This document shows, one piece after another, positions 34,495 through 44,900 of a DNA stretch of 64,000 bases (position 1 is its first letter; each line of letters starts with the position of its first letter). The position numbers and the translations under genes were made by a program. The stretch is from IMG/VR virus record IMGVR_UViG_3300047311_000826, positions 1-64,000 of that record. One strand, 5' to 3'. A model generated the notes under the pieces. That model had not been told where the DNA came from. It searched no databases and was given only the letters and a program-made list of their open reading frames with translations. Source of the DNA: a virus.

Positions 34495-34842
34495 ATGAAC
34501 CATATGGCAACACCGGAGGATTTCCGTAATCCCACGGGGCCGACGACCAAACCCAAGCAACGCGTATTGTTGCGTGCATGTATCGATGCCCTGCGAGAGG
34601 ACGACCATGTGAACGAGCGACACGCGGAAGTGCTGGACCATCTGGAAGCCATACACCGTGAGCTGCGTAACCGGTGGTCACCCCCGGCGCCGTCGACCTG
34701 CGTGCCGGTTACGCCCACTCTGGCCCGCAGGGTGCGGGCGTTCCACGCGCGACACTCGAACTGGACCTATCACGACATCGCCGTGAGGTTCAACGTCCAG
34801 ATCGGGCGGATCAGCGAGATCCTCCGAGGCAAGCGGGTGTGA
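34495..34842 (+). CDS. putative HTH DNA-binding protein (115 aa)
   Basis: The start follows GAGGAGTGAACCA-ATG. The C-terminus WTYHDIAVRFNVQIGRISEILRGKR is HTH-like. Confidence 0.45.
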   Translation: MNHMATPEDFRNPTGPTTKPKQRVLLRACIDALREDDHVNERHAEVLDHLEAIHRELRNRWSPPAPSTCVPVTPTLARRVRAFHARHSNWTYHDIAVRFNVQIGRISEILRGKRV

Positions 34843-34862
34843 GCGTTTACGACGGGAGTAAG

Positions 34863-35093
34863 ATGCTCGCCCTGGATGGCATCCAGATGGCTGGTCACTG
34901 TTCCGTGTGCGGCGCGTTCGCGAACCTGGCCGAGTTCGATGTGGTGCCCGTGCACGACGCCATGGACATGGAGAACAGGGACCCCGACGCGCCGTGGATG
35001 GACATCAGGGTCATGACGCGCGGTCGATGCATGGGCTGCGTCATGGCGAAACTAAAGACCTGGGCCAAGGGTAGACCAAGGAGTGAACCATGA
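34863..35093 (+). CDS. hypothetical Cys-containing protein (76 aa)
   Basis: The start follows TTTACGACGGGAGTAAG-ATG. CSVCG...CMGC suggests a zinc ribbon. Confidence 0.45.
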   Translation: MLALDGIQMAGHCSVCGAFANLAEFDVVPVHDAMDMENRDPDAPWMDIRVMTRGRCMGCVMAKLKTWAKGRPRSEP

Positions 35094-35314
35094 ACGATAG
35101 ACGGGCGGTGCTGGAGAACCAACTCGCGCATATGGATGGCGTCCCGCCTGACGGGTTCGAAGATTGCGAATGGGTTTGTCGCTGCATGAAACCAAACGGC
35201 CTTATTCAAACGCATTGGTGGATTTACGAGGACAGCGCGCATGAATGCGCGGAAACAATCGAAGGGGAATATCCGGGAACGGTATGCGCGGTTTTCACCA
35301 GAATGAAATGTTGA
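35090..35314 (+). CDS. hypothetical protein (74 aa)
   Basis: ORF track. ATGA overlap with the upstream gene, preceded by AAGGAGTGAACC-ATG. Confidence 0.45.
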   Translation: MNDRRAVLENQLAHMDGVPPDGFEDCEWVCRCMKPNGLIQTHWWIYEDSAHECAETIEGEYPGTVCAVFTRMKC

Positions 35315-35364
35315 CATTGCGCGAAATCTCCACGACGCTACTACCGTCGTAAAAGGAGAACCCA

Positions 35365-36411
35365 ATGTCTGATGCCGCTATTATAAACGTTCCACTCAAC
35401 ATGATCGACATCAACCCTCACCGACGACTCGGCGACTATCCTTATATCGAACGCAAGGTCGAGGCCCTCATGCGGTCCTACGCGGACATTGGCATGTGGC
35501 CCGGCGGGGTCGTCGCCCGTAAAACTGGCGGCCGTTACCAACTGGCGTTCGGCCACCACCGCAAGGAAGCGGCGCGGCGTTCAGGTATGAAGGCCATGGC
35601 GCTGACCATCATGGATCTGAGTGATGAACAAATGCTCGGTTACATGGGCCGGGAAAACATGGAGGACTTCAATGCCGACTTCCTGGTGATGCTGGAGACA
35701 TGGGAAGCGGCGCGGGATTTTTTGCTAGGCCAGCCTAGCAAATCTATCCAACCCACTAATATCGCCCGTGTTTTGGGTTGGACCGTGGTAAAATCAAATC
35801 GGAATACCAACTTTCAGAATGACACCGCCACGGCATGTGTCGCCGCCTCCGAACTAATCGCCGAGAAGTTGATCCAGCGATCCGCTCTGGAGGGTCTGAC
35901 GGTCAAGGAAGCCCGTGAGGTATGTGGTGGAGCGCGCAAGATTGCGCGACAGATCACCGAGATCAGTGAACAGGTCGGCGCGAAAAAGGAAGACATCGCG
36001 GCGGCTCGCAAACAGGTCGGCAAGGCCGTGACGCGCACGCTCGCGGACCTAAAAGACAAACAGGTTAAGGGTGTGACAGGGAAAAACCTGCGCGAAACCG
36101 TAGCCGTCAATACATATCGTTTCGCGAAAGAGGCCAGGAAGGAAAGCAAGGTCCCCTTGTTCGCCGTGTTCGCTAAATCGTTGGTAGCGCAGATCGCGCG
36201 TTGGAACAACAGTGATACGGTTAAAGATAAGATCGACGAAATGATCAAGTCATTGCCGAGCCTCGAACTGTTGGAGGATCTTCAGGCACTCGACCGCGTG
36301 GTTCTGGCATTGGAACATTCCGTCATGCGTAATGAGGCCAGCATCAATAATCTGTGTGCCAAACCGGCGGCGGTCGTGAAACTGCGCGCCATCGAGGGAG
36401 ACCTGAGATGA
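35365..36411 (+). CDS. ParB N-terminal (ParB/Srx nuclease-like) domain protein
   Basis: 348 aa. IDINPHRR...VVARKTGGRYQLAFGHHRKEAARRSG is the ParBc signature. Preceded by CTACTACCGTCGTAAAAGGAG. By eye the C-terminal half is lower in GC. Confidence 0.7.
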   Translation: MSDAAIINVPLNMIDINPHRRLGDYPYIERKVEALMRSYADIGMWPGGVVARKTGGRYQLAFGHHRKEAARRSGMKAMALTIMDLSDEQMLGYMGRENMEDFNADFLVMLETWEAARDFLLGQPSKSIQPTNIARVLGWTVVKSNRNTNFQNDTATACVAASELIAEKLIQRSALEGLTVKEAREVCGGARKIARQITEISEQVGAKKEDIAAARKQVGKAVTRTLADLKDKQVKGVTGKNLRETVAVNTYRFAKEARKESKVPLFAVFAKSLVAQIARWNNSDTVKDKIDEMIKSLPSLELLEDLQALDRVVLALEHSVMRNEASINNLCAKPAAVVKLRAIEGDLR

Positions 36412-36905
36412 GCACCTACCTGCGTCGCACCGTGGCGGAACAATCCAAAATCTATCAGGCGATCAAAGACCGGGCCGCTGAATATCTTATGTTGCACACA
36501 TGCTTTCGTAAAAGCGCCGTGATCGCCGACCTGAACCTGGAAGCGTTCGCCGACTCAATCCGCTGGGATTATATCCGCGATATGCTTCAGGATATACACA
36601 AGGACGTGGAGATCATCCCCATGGCCGAGGCGTTTTTCAAAGGTTATATCGAGGTGGATGGCGTCAAACGGCAAAACACACCGGCGTTGCAGAAGCGGTT
36701 GCCGGAACGGTTCATCGCGTCGGGGCACGGTAAGAAAGCCGCTGGTTATGTCCTGGCGGTGCCAGACAACGGGCACTTCGTCCTGAAGGTCATGAGCCAT
36801 AAAAACGCCGTGGCGACGGGCACCCGCAAGGCCGCTGATAAGTTCACTCGCAACGCTCGGTTGGCTGGTGTACCCATGCCGGAACGTATCGAGGTATCGC
36901 GATGA
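36408..36905 (+). CDS. hypothetical protein (165 aa)
   Basis: ATGA overlap on both sides. It is the in-frame part of track ORF 36354-36905. Confidence 0.5.
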   Translation: MSTYLRRTVAEQSKIYQAIKDRAAEYLMLHTCFRKSAVIADLNLEAFADSIRWDYIRDMLQDIHKDVEIIPMAEAFFKGYIEVDGVKRQNTPALQKRLPERFIASGHGKKAAGYVLAVPDNGHFVLKVMSHKNAVATGTRKAADKFTRNARLAGVPMPERIEVSR

Positions 36906-37585
36906 GCACGACGGTCGTAAACCCCGAGGGGTTCTCCTGGAGCTACACGGCGCTCAAGAACTTCGAGACGTGTCCGAGACGATACTACAGCTACAACGTC
37001 GCCAAGGACGTCAAGGAGCCCGAGAGCGAGGCGCTGATCAAGGGCAAGCGGATCCACGAGGCGTTCGATGCCCGCGTCGCCAAGGGCACGCCGCTGCCCC
37101 CTGGGATGACCATGCACGAGGGCCTCCTCGCCCGGCTGGCCCGTGCGAAGGGCGAGATCCGCACCGAGCAGAGACTGGCCCTGGGGTCCGACCTGAGCCC
37201 ATCCAAGTTCTTCGGTCGAAGTGCGTGGTTCCGCGCCGTGCTGGACTATACCAACGTCAACGAGGCGGGTGACCGGATCGTGGTCATCGACTACAAGACG
37301 GGTAGGCCGAGCGAGGACATGACCCAGCTCCAGCTGGCGGCCGTCACCGTGTTCGCGCATCATACCCGCGCGCGGCGCGTGTCGGTGGCGCTGGCGTTCG
37401 TGGCGTATGATCAGATCGAACGGGCGACGTTCACGCGGGAAGACACCACCGAGATCTGGAGCGACGTCCTGCCCAGGGTAAGGAGAATGATCGATGCGAG
37501 GCAAAGCCAGAACTATCCTCCAAAACCCGGAGGATTATGCAAACGTTGGTGTGCCGTTACCTCCTGCCCGTTCCATGGCAAATGA
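36902..37585 (+). CDS. PD-(D/E)XK exonuclease, Cas4/RecB-like, with a 4-Cys cluster
   Basis: 227 aa. SYTALKNFETCPRRYY, GKRIHEAFD, VVIDYKTG (D-x-K), and the C-terminal CKRWCAVTSCPFHG. Confidence 0.75.
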   Translation: MSTTVVNPEGFSWSYTALKNFETCPRRYYSYNVAKDVKEPESEALIKGKRIHEAFDARVAKGTPLPPGMTMHEGLLARLARAKGEIRTEQRLALGSDLSPSKFFGRSAWFRAVLDYTNVNEAGDRIVVIDYKTGRPSEDMTQLQLAAVTVFAHHTRARRVSVALAFVAYDQIERATFTREDTTEIWSDVLPRVRRMIDARQSQNYPPKPGGLCKRWCAVTSCPFHGK

Positions 37586-38054
37586 TCCCATGGGCATGTA
37601 TGGCCAGCAGGCGGCGCCGCCCGCGTATCAGCAGGCCTCGCAGGCCCAGCAGTCCTTACAAAGCCTGTTGAACGCCGCCGGGCAGAACTTACAGAACATG
37701 CAGAACAGGATGGTGAACGCGGCACTCGATCCGAGCATCGTCGGGCAGCAGCTGCAGAACGCCAACGCGTACGGCCTGGCGTTCAATCCCCTGGATTACG
37801 CCGCCGTCCACCAGGCCAGTGCCGTGGTATCGGTGAACCCAACGACGGAACTGGCCCGCTTACGCCTGATCAAGGCCATCGACCAGTTGCCGGCGCGCGT
37901 GGTCGCGCGGATCAGCAAGATGTCTTTCCGCGCCGAGCCGCCGGCGTTCGTCATCGAGTACACCGGTCCGGCGGGCGTGCTGGTACTGACCGACACGCTG
38001 GACGAGTTCCCCACCGCCGCGCACATATCGAGGATCATCCTGGGGGTGTCGTGA
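37575..38054 (+). CDS. hypothetical Gln-rich protein (159 aa)
   Basis: The start at MANDPMGMYGQQAAPP overlaps the nuclease stop. It is the in-frame part of track ORF 37494-38054. Confidence 0.45.
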   Translation: MANDPMGMYGQQAAPPAYQQASQAQQSLQSLLNAAGQNLQNMQNRMVNAALDPSIVGQQLQNANAYGLAFNPLDYAAVHQASAVVSVNPTTELARLRLIKAIDQLPARVVARISKMSFRAEPPAFVIEYTGPAGVLVLTDTLDEFPTAAHISRIILGVS

Positions 38055-38377
38055 GGATACCAGACGATTACCTGTTATGTTTTCGTATCGATATGCTACA
38101 TCCGTTCGAGCAGCGTCGGATACTGCGGAGGCAGTTTCCCAGGCGCGTGCGGGACCTTCTGTGGTTCGAGGTCCGCTGGTGGGAGGACACGCCCTGGGTG
38201 GCCGTGCTGCATGAGACGGCTGGGTCTCAACAACAGGTTCCGTGGCGGAACAGGATCAACGAATATGTCATCGCCAGCGCCCCCATGCTCAACGTGACCA
38301 AACGGATCAGCAACAAATTCATAGGCTACGCGGTGATCGATCCAGAACTCATCGCGTATGTATTGCTATCGTTATGA
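38051..38377 (+). CDS. hypothetical protein (108 aa)
   Basis: ORF track. 4-nt overlaps on both sides. Confidence 0.45.
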   Translation: MRIPDDYLLCFRIDMLHPFEQRRILRRQFPRRVRDLLWFEVRWWEDTPWVAVLHETAGSQQQVPWRNRINEYVIASAPMLNVTKRISNKFIGYAVIDPELIAYVLLSL

Positions 38378-38679
38378 CTCCCGAGGGAAAAGTCAAACAA
38401 AAGATCAAGGACGCCTTGAAGAAGTATCCTGACGACGTATACTGGTACATGCCGGTGCCCTCCGGTTATGGCGCGCGCACGGTGGACTTCATAGGCTGCG
38501 CCTGGGGCTGGTTCTTCGCCATCGAGGCCAAGGCACCCAGGGGCAGGGCCACCGCGCTACAGGAGGCGACCCTGGACCGGATACGCGAGGCCGGTGGCAG
38601 GACGTTCCTGATATACGACGAAGTTGGGATCCAGGGGCTGGACGACTGGTTGGAGATTTTGAGTTTACTACAGGAGTGA
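38374..38679 (+). CDS. VRR-NUC domain nuclease
   Basis: 101 aa. The sequence is MTPEGKVKQKIKDALKK...RTVDFIGCAWGWFFAIEAKAPRG (D...ExK), then ALQEATLDRIREAGG. Confidence 0.7.
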   Translation: MTPEGKVKQKIKDALKKYPDDVYWYMPVPSGYGARTVDFIGCAWGWFFAIEAKAPRGRATALQEATLDRIREAGGRTFLIYDEVGIQGLDDWLEILSLLQE

Positions 38680-40259
38680 AGATATTGAACGCCGAGACAC
38701 CGATAACGTTCATTACCCGGGACGGACGTCACGTCGTGGTGCCCTGGGATGCCACCCTGGCGAACGCCGTGCCGCACGCCAGGGACTTCACCTGGGAGGG
38801 CGAGCGCCGCCTGCTGCTGCCCAACGAGCCCGAGGAGGCGCGCGTGGCGCGCAACGTCGGCGTGCCGGTGCCGGCGCCCATCCTCACACGCTACGACTGG
38901 GCGGGCACCCAGCCCTGGGACATCCAGCGTACCACCGCCGCGCTGCTCACCGAGAGCCCCCGGTGTTATGTGCTAAGCTCGATGGGCACGGGTAAGACGC
39001 GCGCGGTCATATATGCCACTGACTGGCTCATGCGCACGAAACAGGCCAGTCGCGCCCTGATCATAGCCCCGCTATCTACATTGACTCCAGTGTGGGAACG
39101 CGAGTTGTTCCAGCTCATGTTAAAACGACGTGTGAGTATTTTATATGGAAGCAAGGAAAAGCGCCTGAAACTATTAAAATCAGGTGCGGATATTTGTGTG
39201 ATCAATCATCATGGGCTGCGGGTACTCGGTCAAGAAGTGCAAAAATCGGGCTTCGACATCGTGGTCCTGGATGAACTGGCTATCTATCGCACCCGTAACA
39301 CGGAGTTATGGAAGGCGGCGCGCGATCTCGTCAGCCTGGATACGACCAGGTTCGCCTGGGGTCTGACCGGCTCGCCCACGCCCAACGCGCCCACGGACGC
39401 CTGGGCGCAGGTCCGTCTGCTCACGCCCGAGCGCACGGTCCGCTCGTTCGTGGCCTTCCAGGATCTCACCATGCGGAAGCTATCGCAGTTCCGCTGGTTC
39501 CCCAAACCCGACGCCAACGTCATCGTGCACGCGGCGATGTCGCCATCGGTCAGGTATACCCGCGATGACGTGATGGAGCTGCCCGAGTGTTCGGTCGTCG
39601 ACCGCGCGGTCAAGCTGGATACCGATGCCGCGAAAGCCTACACGATGATGTTCAACAAGGCGCGTATATTAACAGAAAAGAACGAAAGCGTGTCCGCCGT
39701 GAACCAGGGCGTCCTGCATAATAAGTTGTTGCAATTGTCGTGCGGGTTCCTTTATACCGACACGAAGACGGTGTATGCCCTTCCCGCGCAAGGACGCCTC
39801 GACGCACTGACCGAAGTGCTGGACGAGACGGAACGCAAGGTGCTGGTGCTGGTGCCGTTCCTGCACGCGCTGACCGGTGTGGCGACACACCTACGAAAAC
39901 ATAATTACGATATCGCGACGGTGCACGGTGGCACGTCGCGCGGCTCGCGGGATAAGATATTCAACGACTTCCAGATGGGGAAGTCACCAAGGATCATCGT
40001 GGCGCATCCGCAAACCCTGAGCCATGGACTGACACTGACCGAGGCCGATACCATCGTGTGGTATTCACCGACGACATCGAATGAGACTTACGAGCAGGCC
40101 AACGCCCGCATCAATCGACCAGGGCAGAAACACAAGACCATGATCGTGCACATGGTGGGGACCACGGTGGAGCGGGCCACCTACACACGTTTGCGCGACC
40201 GCCAGCGCATGCAGAATTGTCTGCTGGACCTGTTCCATAAGCAGGATAAAGCATTTTAA
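38676..40259 (+). CDS. SNF2-family helicase
   Basis: Motif I is SSMGTGKT, motif II is VVLDELAIY, motif III is GLTGSPTPN, then HPQTLSHGLTL and QANARINRPGQKH. The track start is the GTG at 38676, but the in-frame TTG at 38685 is better spaced from AGGAG. Confidence 0.9.
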   Translation: MKILNAETPITFITRDGRHVVVPWDATLANAVPHARDFTWEGERRLLLPNEPEEARVARNVGVPVPAPILTRYDWAGTQPWDIQRTTAALLTESPRCYVLSSMGTGKTRAVIYATDWLMRTKQASRALIIAPLSTLTPVWERELFQLMLKRRVSILYGSKEKRLKLLKSGADICVINHHGLRVLGQEVQKSGFDIVVLDELAIYRTRNTELWKAARDLVSLDTTRFAWGLTGSPTPNAPTDAWAQVRLLTPERTVRSFVAFQDLTMRKLSQFRWFPKPDANVIVHAAMSPSVRYTRDDVMELPECSVVDRAVKLDTDAAKAYTMMFNKARILTEKNESVSAVNQGVLHNKLLQLSCGFLYTDTKTVYALPAQGRLDALTEVLDETERKVLVLVPFLHALTGVATHLRKHNYDIATVHGGTSRGSRDKIFNDFQMGKSPRIIVAHPQTLSHGLTLTEADTIVWYSPTTSNETYEQANARINRPGQKHKTMIVHMVGTTVERATYTRLRDRQRMQNCLLDLFHKQDKAF

Positions 40260-40350
40260 GCATGAGGCTGGATGTAACGTGCCTTTTGTTTACCACCCCC
40301 CGCGAAACGAAAAAACGTAACTACCGTCGTAAAATAAGGAGTGAAACCAT

Positions 40351-40785
40351 ATGGACCAGATGAACGGAACCACCGTCGTGCGTAACACCCGGATGACCAT
40401 GGACAACATGATCGAACGCTATGTGTTGCTCAGGGATAAGAAGAAGGAAATGGAGGACGCCTACAAGGCCTCGGTCGCGCCTATCATAACGTTCATGGAA
40501 CGGCTTGAGGGATACATGCTGGAGGCCATGAACGAGAGCGGTCTCAGCTCGATGAAATCCAAACACGGCACCTCGTATAAGTCTCTGCGCACCTCGGCCA
40601 AGGTGGTCGACTGGCCGGCCGCGCTCGGTTACATCAGGGCCAACGAGGCCTGGGATCTGCTGGAGGCGCGCGTCTCCAAACTGGCCGCGCAGGAACTCAT
40701 CAAGGAAACCAAGGAGCCAATTCCAGGGGTTGAAACCGCGTCGGAATGGGTTGTGAATGTCCGTCGCGCGAACGACAATTCGTAA
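40351..40785 (+). CDS. hypothetical protein, possibly Mu Gam/Gp157-like
   Basis: 144 aa. N-terminal coiled coil, then a ..KHGTSYKSLRTSAKVVDW...IRANEAWDLLEARVSK...IPGV.. layout reminiscent of Mu Gam. The similarity is weak and judged by eye. Preceded by AACTACCGTCGTAAAATAAGGAG. Confidence 0.3.
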   Translation: MDQMNGTTVVRNTRMTMDNMIERYVLLRDKKKEMEDAYKASVAPIITFMERLEGYMLEAMNESGLSSMKSKHGTSYKSLRTSAKVVDWPAALGYIRANEAWDLLEARVSKLAAQELIKETKEPIPGVETASEWVVNVRRANDNS

Positions 40786-40808
40786 ATATCCACAAGGAGT
40801 GACACACA

Positions 40809-41924
40809 ATGAGTGGTAACCAACTGGTCAGCCTGGGCGCGCTGCCCTCGCATCTGGCCAACGCGCCGCGCCGTCTTAATCTGAACGCGGCGGCGCGTGC
40901 CAATCTGCAGGCATCGTTCGCGGTATTGAAGATACGCGGCAAGAACTGGCGCGTGCGCTATCGGGGTGACGAGACGCTCATCCAGATGTCGGCGGGCACC
41001 GGTCACGACGGGCGCCCGTTGCCCGAAGCGCCCGTCATGCACGTCGATGTCGTCATCGTGGGCGTCGCCTCGGCGATCAGCAAGAAGTGGTTCAACGGCG
41101 GCTACGCTGACGGCGAGAGCCGGGCCCCCGATTGCTTCTCCATCGACGGTATGTCGCCCGATCCCGCCAGCGCGCTGAAGCAGAACACGCATTGCGCCAC
41201 CTGCCCGCAGAACATCTGGGGGTCGGTGACCACCGAGAGCGGGCGCAAGGCCAAGGCATGCCGCGACGGGCGCCGCATCGCCGTGGTCCCCGGCAGCGAC
41301 ATCGCCAACGAGACGTTCGGCGGTGCCATGCTGCTGGACATCCCGCCCACCTCGCTGACCAACCTCGACGCCTATTCGCGCCAGCTTGAGCGCAATCAGG
41401 CGGACATGTCAATGGTGGTCACGCGCATCTCGTTCAACCCCGACGTCACGCACCAGGAACTGGTGTTCAGGGCGATGCGCTGGGTCGAGTCGGCGGAAGA
41501 CACCGCGCTGATCGAGGAACACGCGCTTGGCGATCAGGTGAAGCGCATGCTGGAGGAAGAGACCTCCGACGTCACGGCGGACCCGCTGGTGCCGGGCGAG
41601 CGTCCGGCGCACCTGGCGCTGGTGCCGCCCAGGCCGGCGCGTCCGGCACCCGCCGCCGCCATGGAGGCCGAGACGCCGAAGCCCGCGCCGGAGCCGCCGC
41701 CTCCGGCACCCCCACCCGCGCCCCAGCCGCAGCCCGTGGCGGCGAAGCGCACGGCGGGGTTCGCGGCCCAGCCTCAGGTGGCACAGCCTCAGGTGGCGAC
41801 TCAGGCCGCGCCTCAGGCCGCGCCTCAGGCACTGGCCGAAGCCGTCGCCGCGCAGACGACCGTCATCCAGGGCGCGCCCGCATCGCTGGAGGAAGAGATC
41901 GACAATCTGATGCGCGACCTTTGA
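40809..41924 (+). CDS. hypothetical protein, possibly ssDNA-binding or recombination-associated
   Basis: 371 aa. HCATCPQN / KACRDG Cys pairs, a long Pro/Ala/Gln low-complexity linker and an acidic tail EEEIDNLMRDL (an SSB-like architecture). The call is speculative. Confidence 0.25.
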   Translation: MSGNQLVSLGALPSHLANAPRRLNLNAAARANLQASFAVLKIRGKNWRVRYRGDETLIQMSAGTGHDGRPLPEAPVMHVDVVIVGVASAISKKWFNGGYADGESRAPDCFSIDGMSPDPASALKQNTHCATCPQNIWGSVTTESGRKAKACRDGRRIAVVPGSDIANETFGGAMLLDIPPTSLTNLDAYSRQLERNQADMSMVVTRISFNPDVTHQELVFRAMRWVESAEDTALIEEHALGDQVKRMLEEETSDVTADPLVPGERPAHLALVPPRPARPAPAAAMEAETPKPAPEPPPPAPPPAPQPQPVAAKRTAGFAAQPQVAQPQVATQAAPQAAPQALAEAVAAQTTVIQGAPASLEEEIDNLMRDL

Positions 41925-41940
41925 TGAACGTTTGACCTTG

Positions 41941-41970
41941 CGAAGGGCGCGGCTGCAACCGCGCCCTTCG
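41941..41970 (+). terminator. intrinsic-terminator-like hairpin before the primase gene
   Basis: CGAAGGGCGCGG-CTGCAA-CCGCGCCCTTCG (12-bp stem) followed by TATT. Confidence 0.55.
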
Positions 41971-41975
41971 TATTC

Positions 41976-44900
41976 ATGGAGGTCAGTTCAGTGGTCGAGG
42001 AAACGAACACGGGTACGGAACAATTTCTCGCGCGTGTGGTTCCGGCGCAAGGCAATTATCTCACGATCACGTGGCCCGGTCCTAACCCTAAAGCGGGATG
42101 GCCATACCGCAGCTACAAACCTTCACAAACGGATCAGGCGGCGGACATCTTAAGATGGGCCACGCGTCGCGGCGTGGATGCCTATCACGCGGTCGCGTCG
42201 TTCAACATGGCCGAGATATCCGTCAACACGCGCGGCGATCAGGTGACGCGCGCCAGACGCGAGCAGACCAACGTACATCTCATACGCACGCTGGTGATGG
42301 ACGCCGACGTCAAGCGCGACGGCGACGGCAAGGACCCCACGAACACGTTTCACGACCGTCGTAAAGCCATCGAGTGGCTGGTCGGATTTTGCAAGGCCAC
42401 CTCGATCCCGATGCCCAACCTCGCGGTCAACTCGGGCTACGGGTTCCATTGGTACTGGATCCTCGAAGACCCGATCACGCTGGCCGCGTGGCAGCCCATG
42501 GCCGACAGCCTGAAGAACGCCATGCTGGCCAACGGCTGGGTGGGCGACACCGGGCCCACCGTCGACGGCGCCCGCATCCTGCGCCCGCCCGGGACGATGA
42601 ACTTCAAAGCGGGCAAGGACAAAGGCGTGCCCGTCACGGTGCTCCCCAGGTTTACCCTGGCGGACTATCCGAACCAGTGGATCGCGGACGCGCTGGCGCC
42701 CTGGATGGGCATGACCCAGACCAGGGCGCGCACCGGCACGGGCGGCGCCAGCATCACCATGCTGGGTCCGCGCCCGGCGCACCTGGGCACGCCGAACGCG
42801 GCGCTCAACCAGGCGGCGCATGGCGGGCTGGAGAGCCGCTATAAATTCTCCGAGATCGCGAAGAAGTGCGAGCAGGTCAAACTCAGTCTGGCCAGTAACG
42901 GCAAAGGCGATCCGTATCCGCTCTGGTATCTCAGGCACATCACGCTGAGCGTGTTCACCAGTGATGGTCGCGACTTCGTCCACGAGTTCTCCAGGGGCGA
43001 TCCCAGATATGTCCCGGCCGACACGGACGCCGCCGTCCTGCGCGCCGAGGACGAGCGCGACCGCAAGGGTCTCGGCGCGCCGCTCTGCGCGCAATACGAC
43101 ACCACCCGCCCAGGTGTCTGCGACACATGTCCGTTCAAGGGCCAGATCAAAACCCCGTTGGTGCTTGGCGCCGAGGCCGACGACCTGCCTTTCAACTACC
43201 GTCGTAGAGCCGTGAACGGCGAGCCGCGCATCGAACGGCGGGAAGGCAGCGGCGAGGACGTCGAGTGGAAGCTGCTGTTCGAGGGCGACGTGGCCGACCC
43301 CAGGCTGGACGCGGTGTCGATAGGCGGGCACCGGCTGACCATGACCTACCGGCTGGCGGGCAAGGAGTACCCGGTATCGGGCACCGCCGCCGACATGACC
43401 ACGCAGATCCCGGTTGGCTATTTCGAGCGGCAGGGCATGGCGGTCACGCGCCACACCGCCGCGCATATTGGAGACTTCGTCATGGCGTGGATCACGCAGT
43501 TACGCATGCGTCAGGCGACGCGCAACGACGTCGTCAGGCCGTTCGGATGGAACTTCAACGCCGCCGGCGAGCGCAGCGGCGTCGCCATCGCCGGCACGCT
43601 CTACCGCACCGACGGGCGCGAGGAGGCCGTGGCCGGGGGTGACCCCAAGATCCTCGCCATGTATCGCCCGGCCGGCGACATCAAGCACTGGAAGCGCGCG
43701 GCCCAGTTGTTCGAAGGCACCGGCAGGCCGGACCTGCAGGCGATCATCGCCACCTCGTTCGGTGCCATGCTGATCTCGTTATGCGGTGACGTGCGCGGCA
43801 TGACGCTGAACTTCTGGTCGACCGAGAGCGGCGTGGGCAAGTCCAGCGCGATCAAGGTGGGCCAGTCGGTATGGGGCGATTACAAACTCATGCAATCGAT
43901 GCAGGACACGCCCAACGCGGTCATGCGCAGTCTGAGCGAGCCCAGGATCCTGATACGCTACTGGGACGAACTACGCGTGCGCAAGGATTACCAGGAGCAG
44001 TTCGTGGAGATGATCTTCACGATACCGCAGGGCAAGGAACGCGCGCGGCTGCATTCCGACACGACGTTGCGCGAGGTCGGCGAGTGGGAGACCATGCTGG
44101 TGTTCACCTCCAACCGGCCCTGCCAGGACTACCTGCTGGCGCGCGACGATGGCACCGACTCGGGCATGGCGCGCGTGCTGGAGATCGAGATGGCCAAGGT
44201 GACCACGGCCTACGATCCGCTGGCCGGGCAGCACATCAAGCTCTGCGAGACCAACTACGGCCATGCCGGGCGCGTGTTCGCCAAATACGTCGCCACGCAC
44301 CTGCCCGAGGTGCAGGCCAAGCTGGCGACGATCCTGAAGTCCCTTGGCACCGGCCTGGAGATGCAGCAGGACGAGCGGTTCAGCGTCACCGCCATGGCAT
44401 GCACGCTGGTGGGCGCGGCCATCGCCAGGAAACTGGGTCTGTTCGACTTCGACCTGAAGGGCATCAACGATGTCCTGACCAGGGCGTTCAGGACCCAGCG
44501 CGAGCAGCGCTCCACGCGGACCCTGGTCTCGGCCGATGGCGGCATGGATATCGAGGAGATCGTCAACGAGTTCATCTATTCGCAGGCGGATTACCGGTTG
44601 CGCACGCATGCTTTCGCCACGCTGGGCGGCGGGCGCGTCGAGGCGATCCATTCCCCCAAGGGCAACGTGGTCAGGCTGCAGATCGCCGACGCGCTCAAGG
44701 TGGTGCGCGTCTCGCGTCCCGCGTTCCAGGAATGGTTGCGTGATCGCAACCGTCCCGCCAGCACCATCGTCGAGCACCTCAAGACCAAGATGGGCGCGCT
44801 CGAACACCGCAAGGTGATCGGCGCCGGCACCGGGTTCGGCGGCGGCGGGCTGACATGGTGCCTGGACATCCCGCTGACCGGGCGGCTCGCCGACATCGTG

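Larger units (their letters stand above)
34043..34499 (+). repeat. two copies of a perfect 29-nt repeat at consecutive gene junctions
   Basis: GGAGGCCGAGCGAGGAGTGAACCAATGAA at 34043-34071 and 34471-34499. The copies overlap the 3' ends of the two upstream genes in different reading frames (..EAERGVNQ* versus ..RRPSEE*). Confidence 0.9.
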
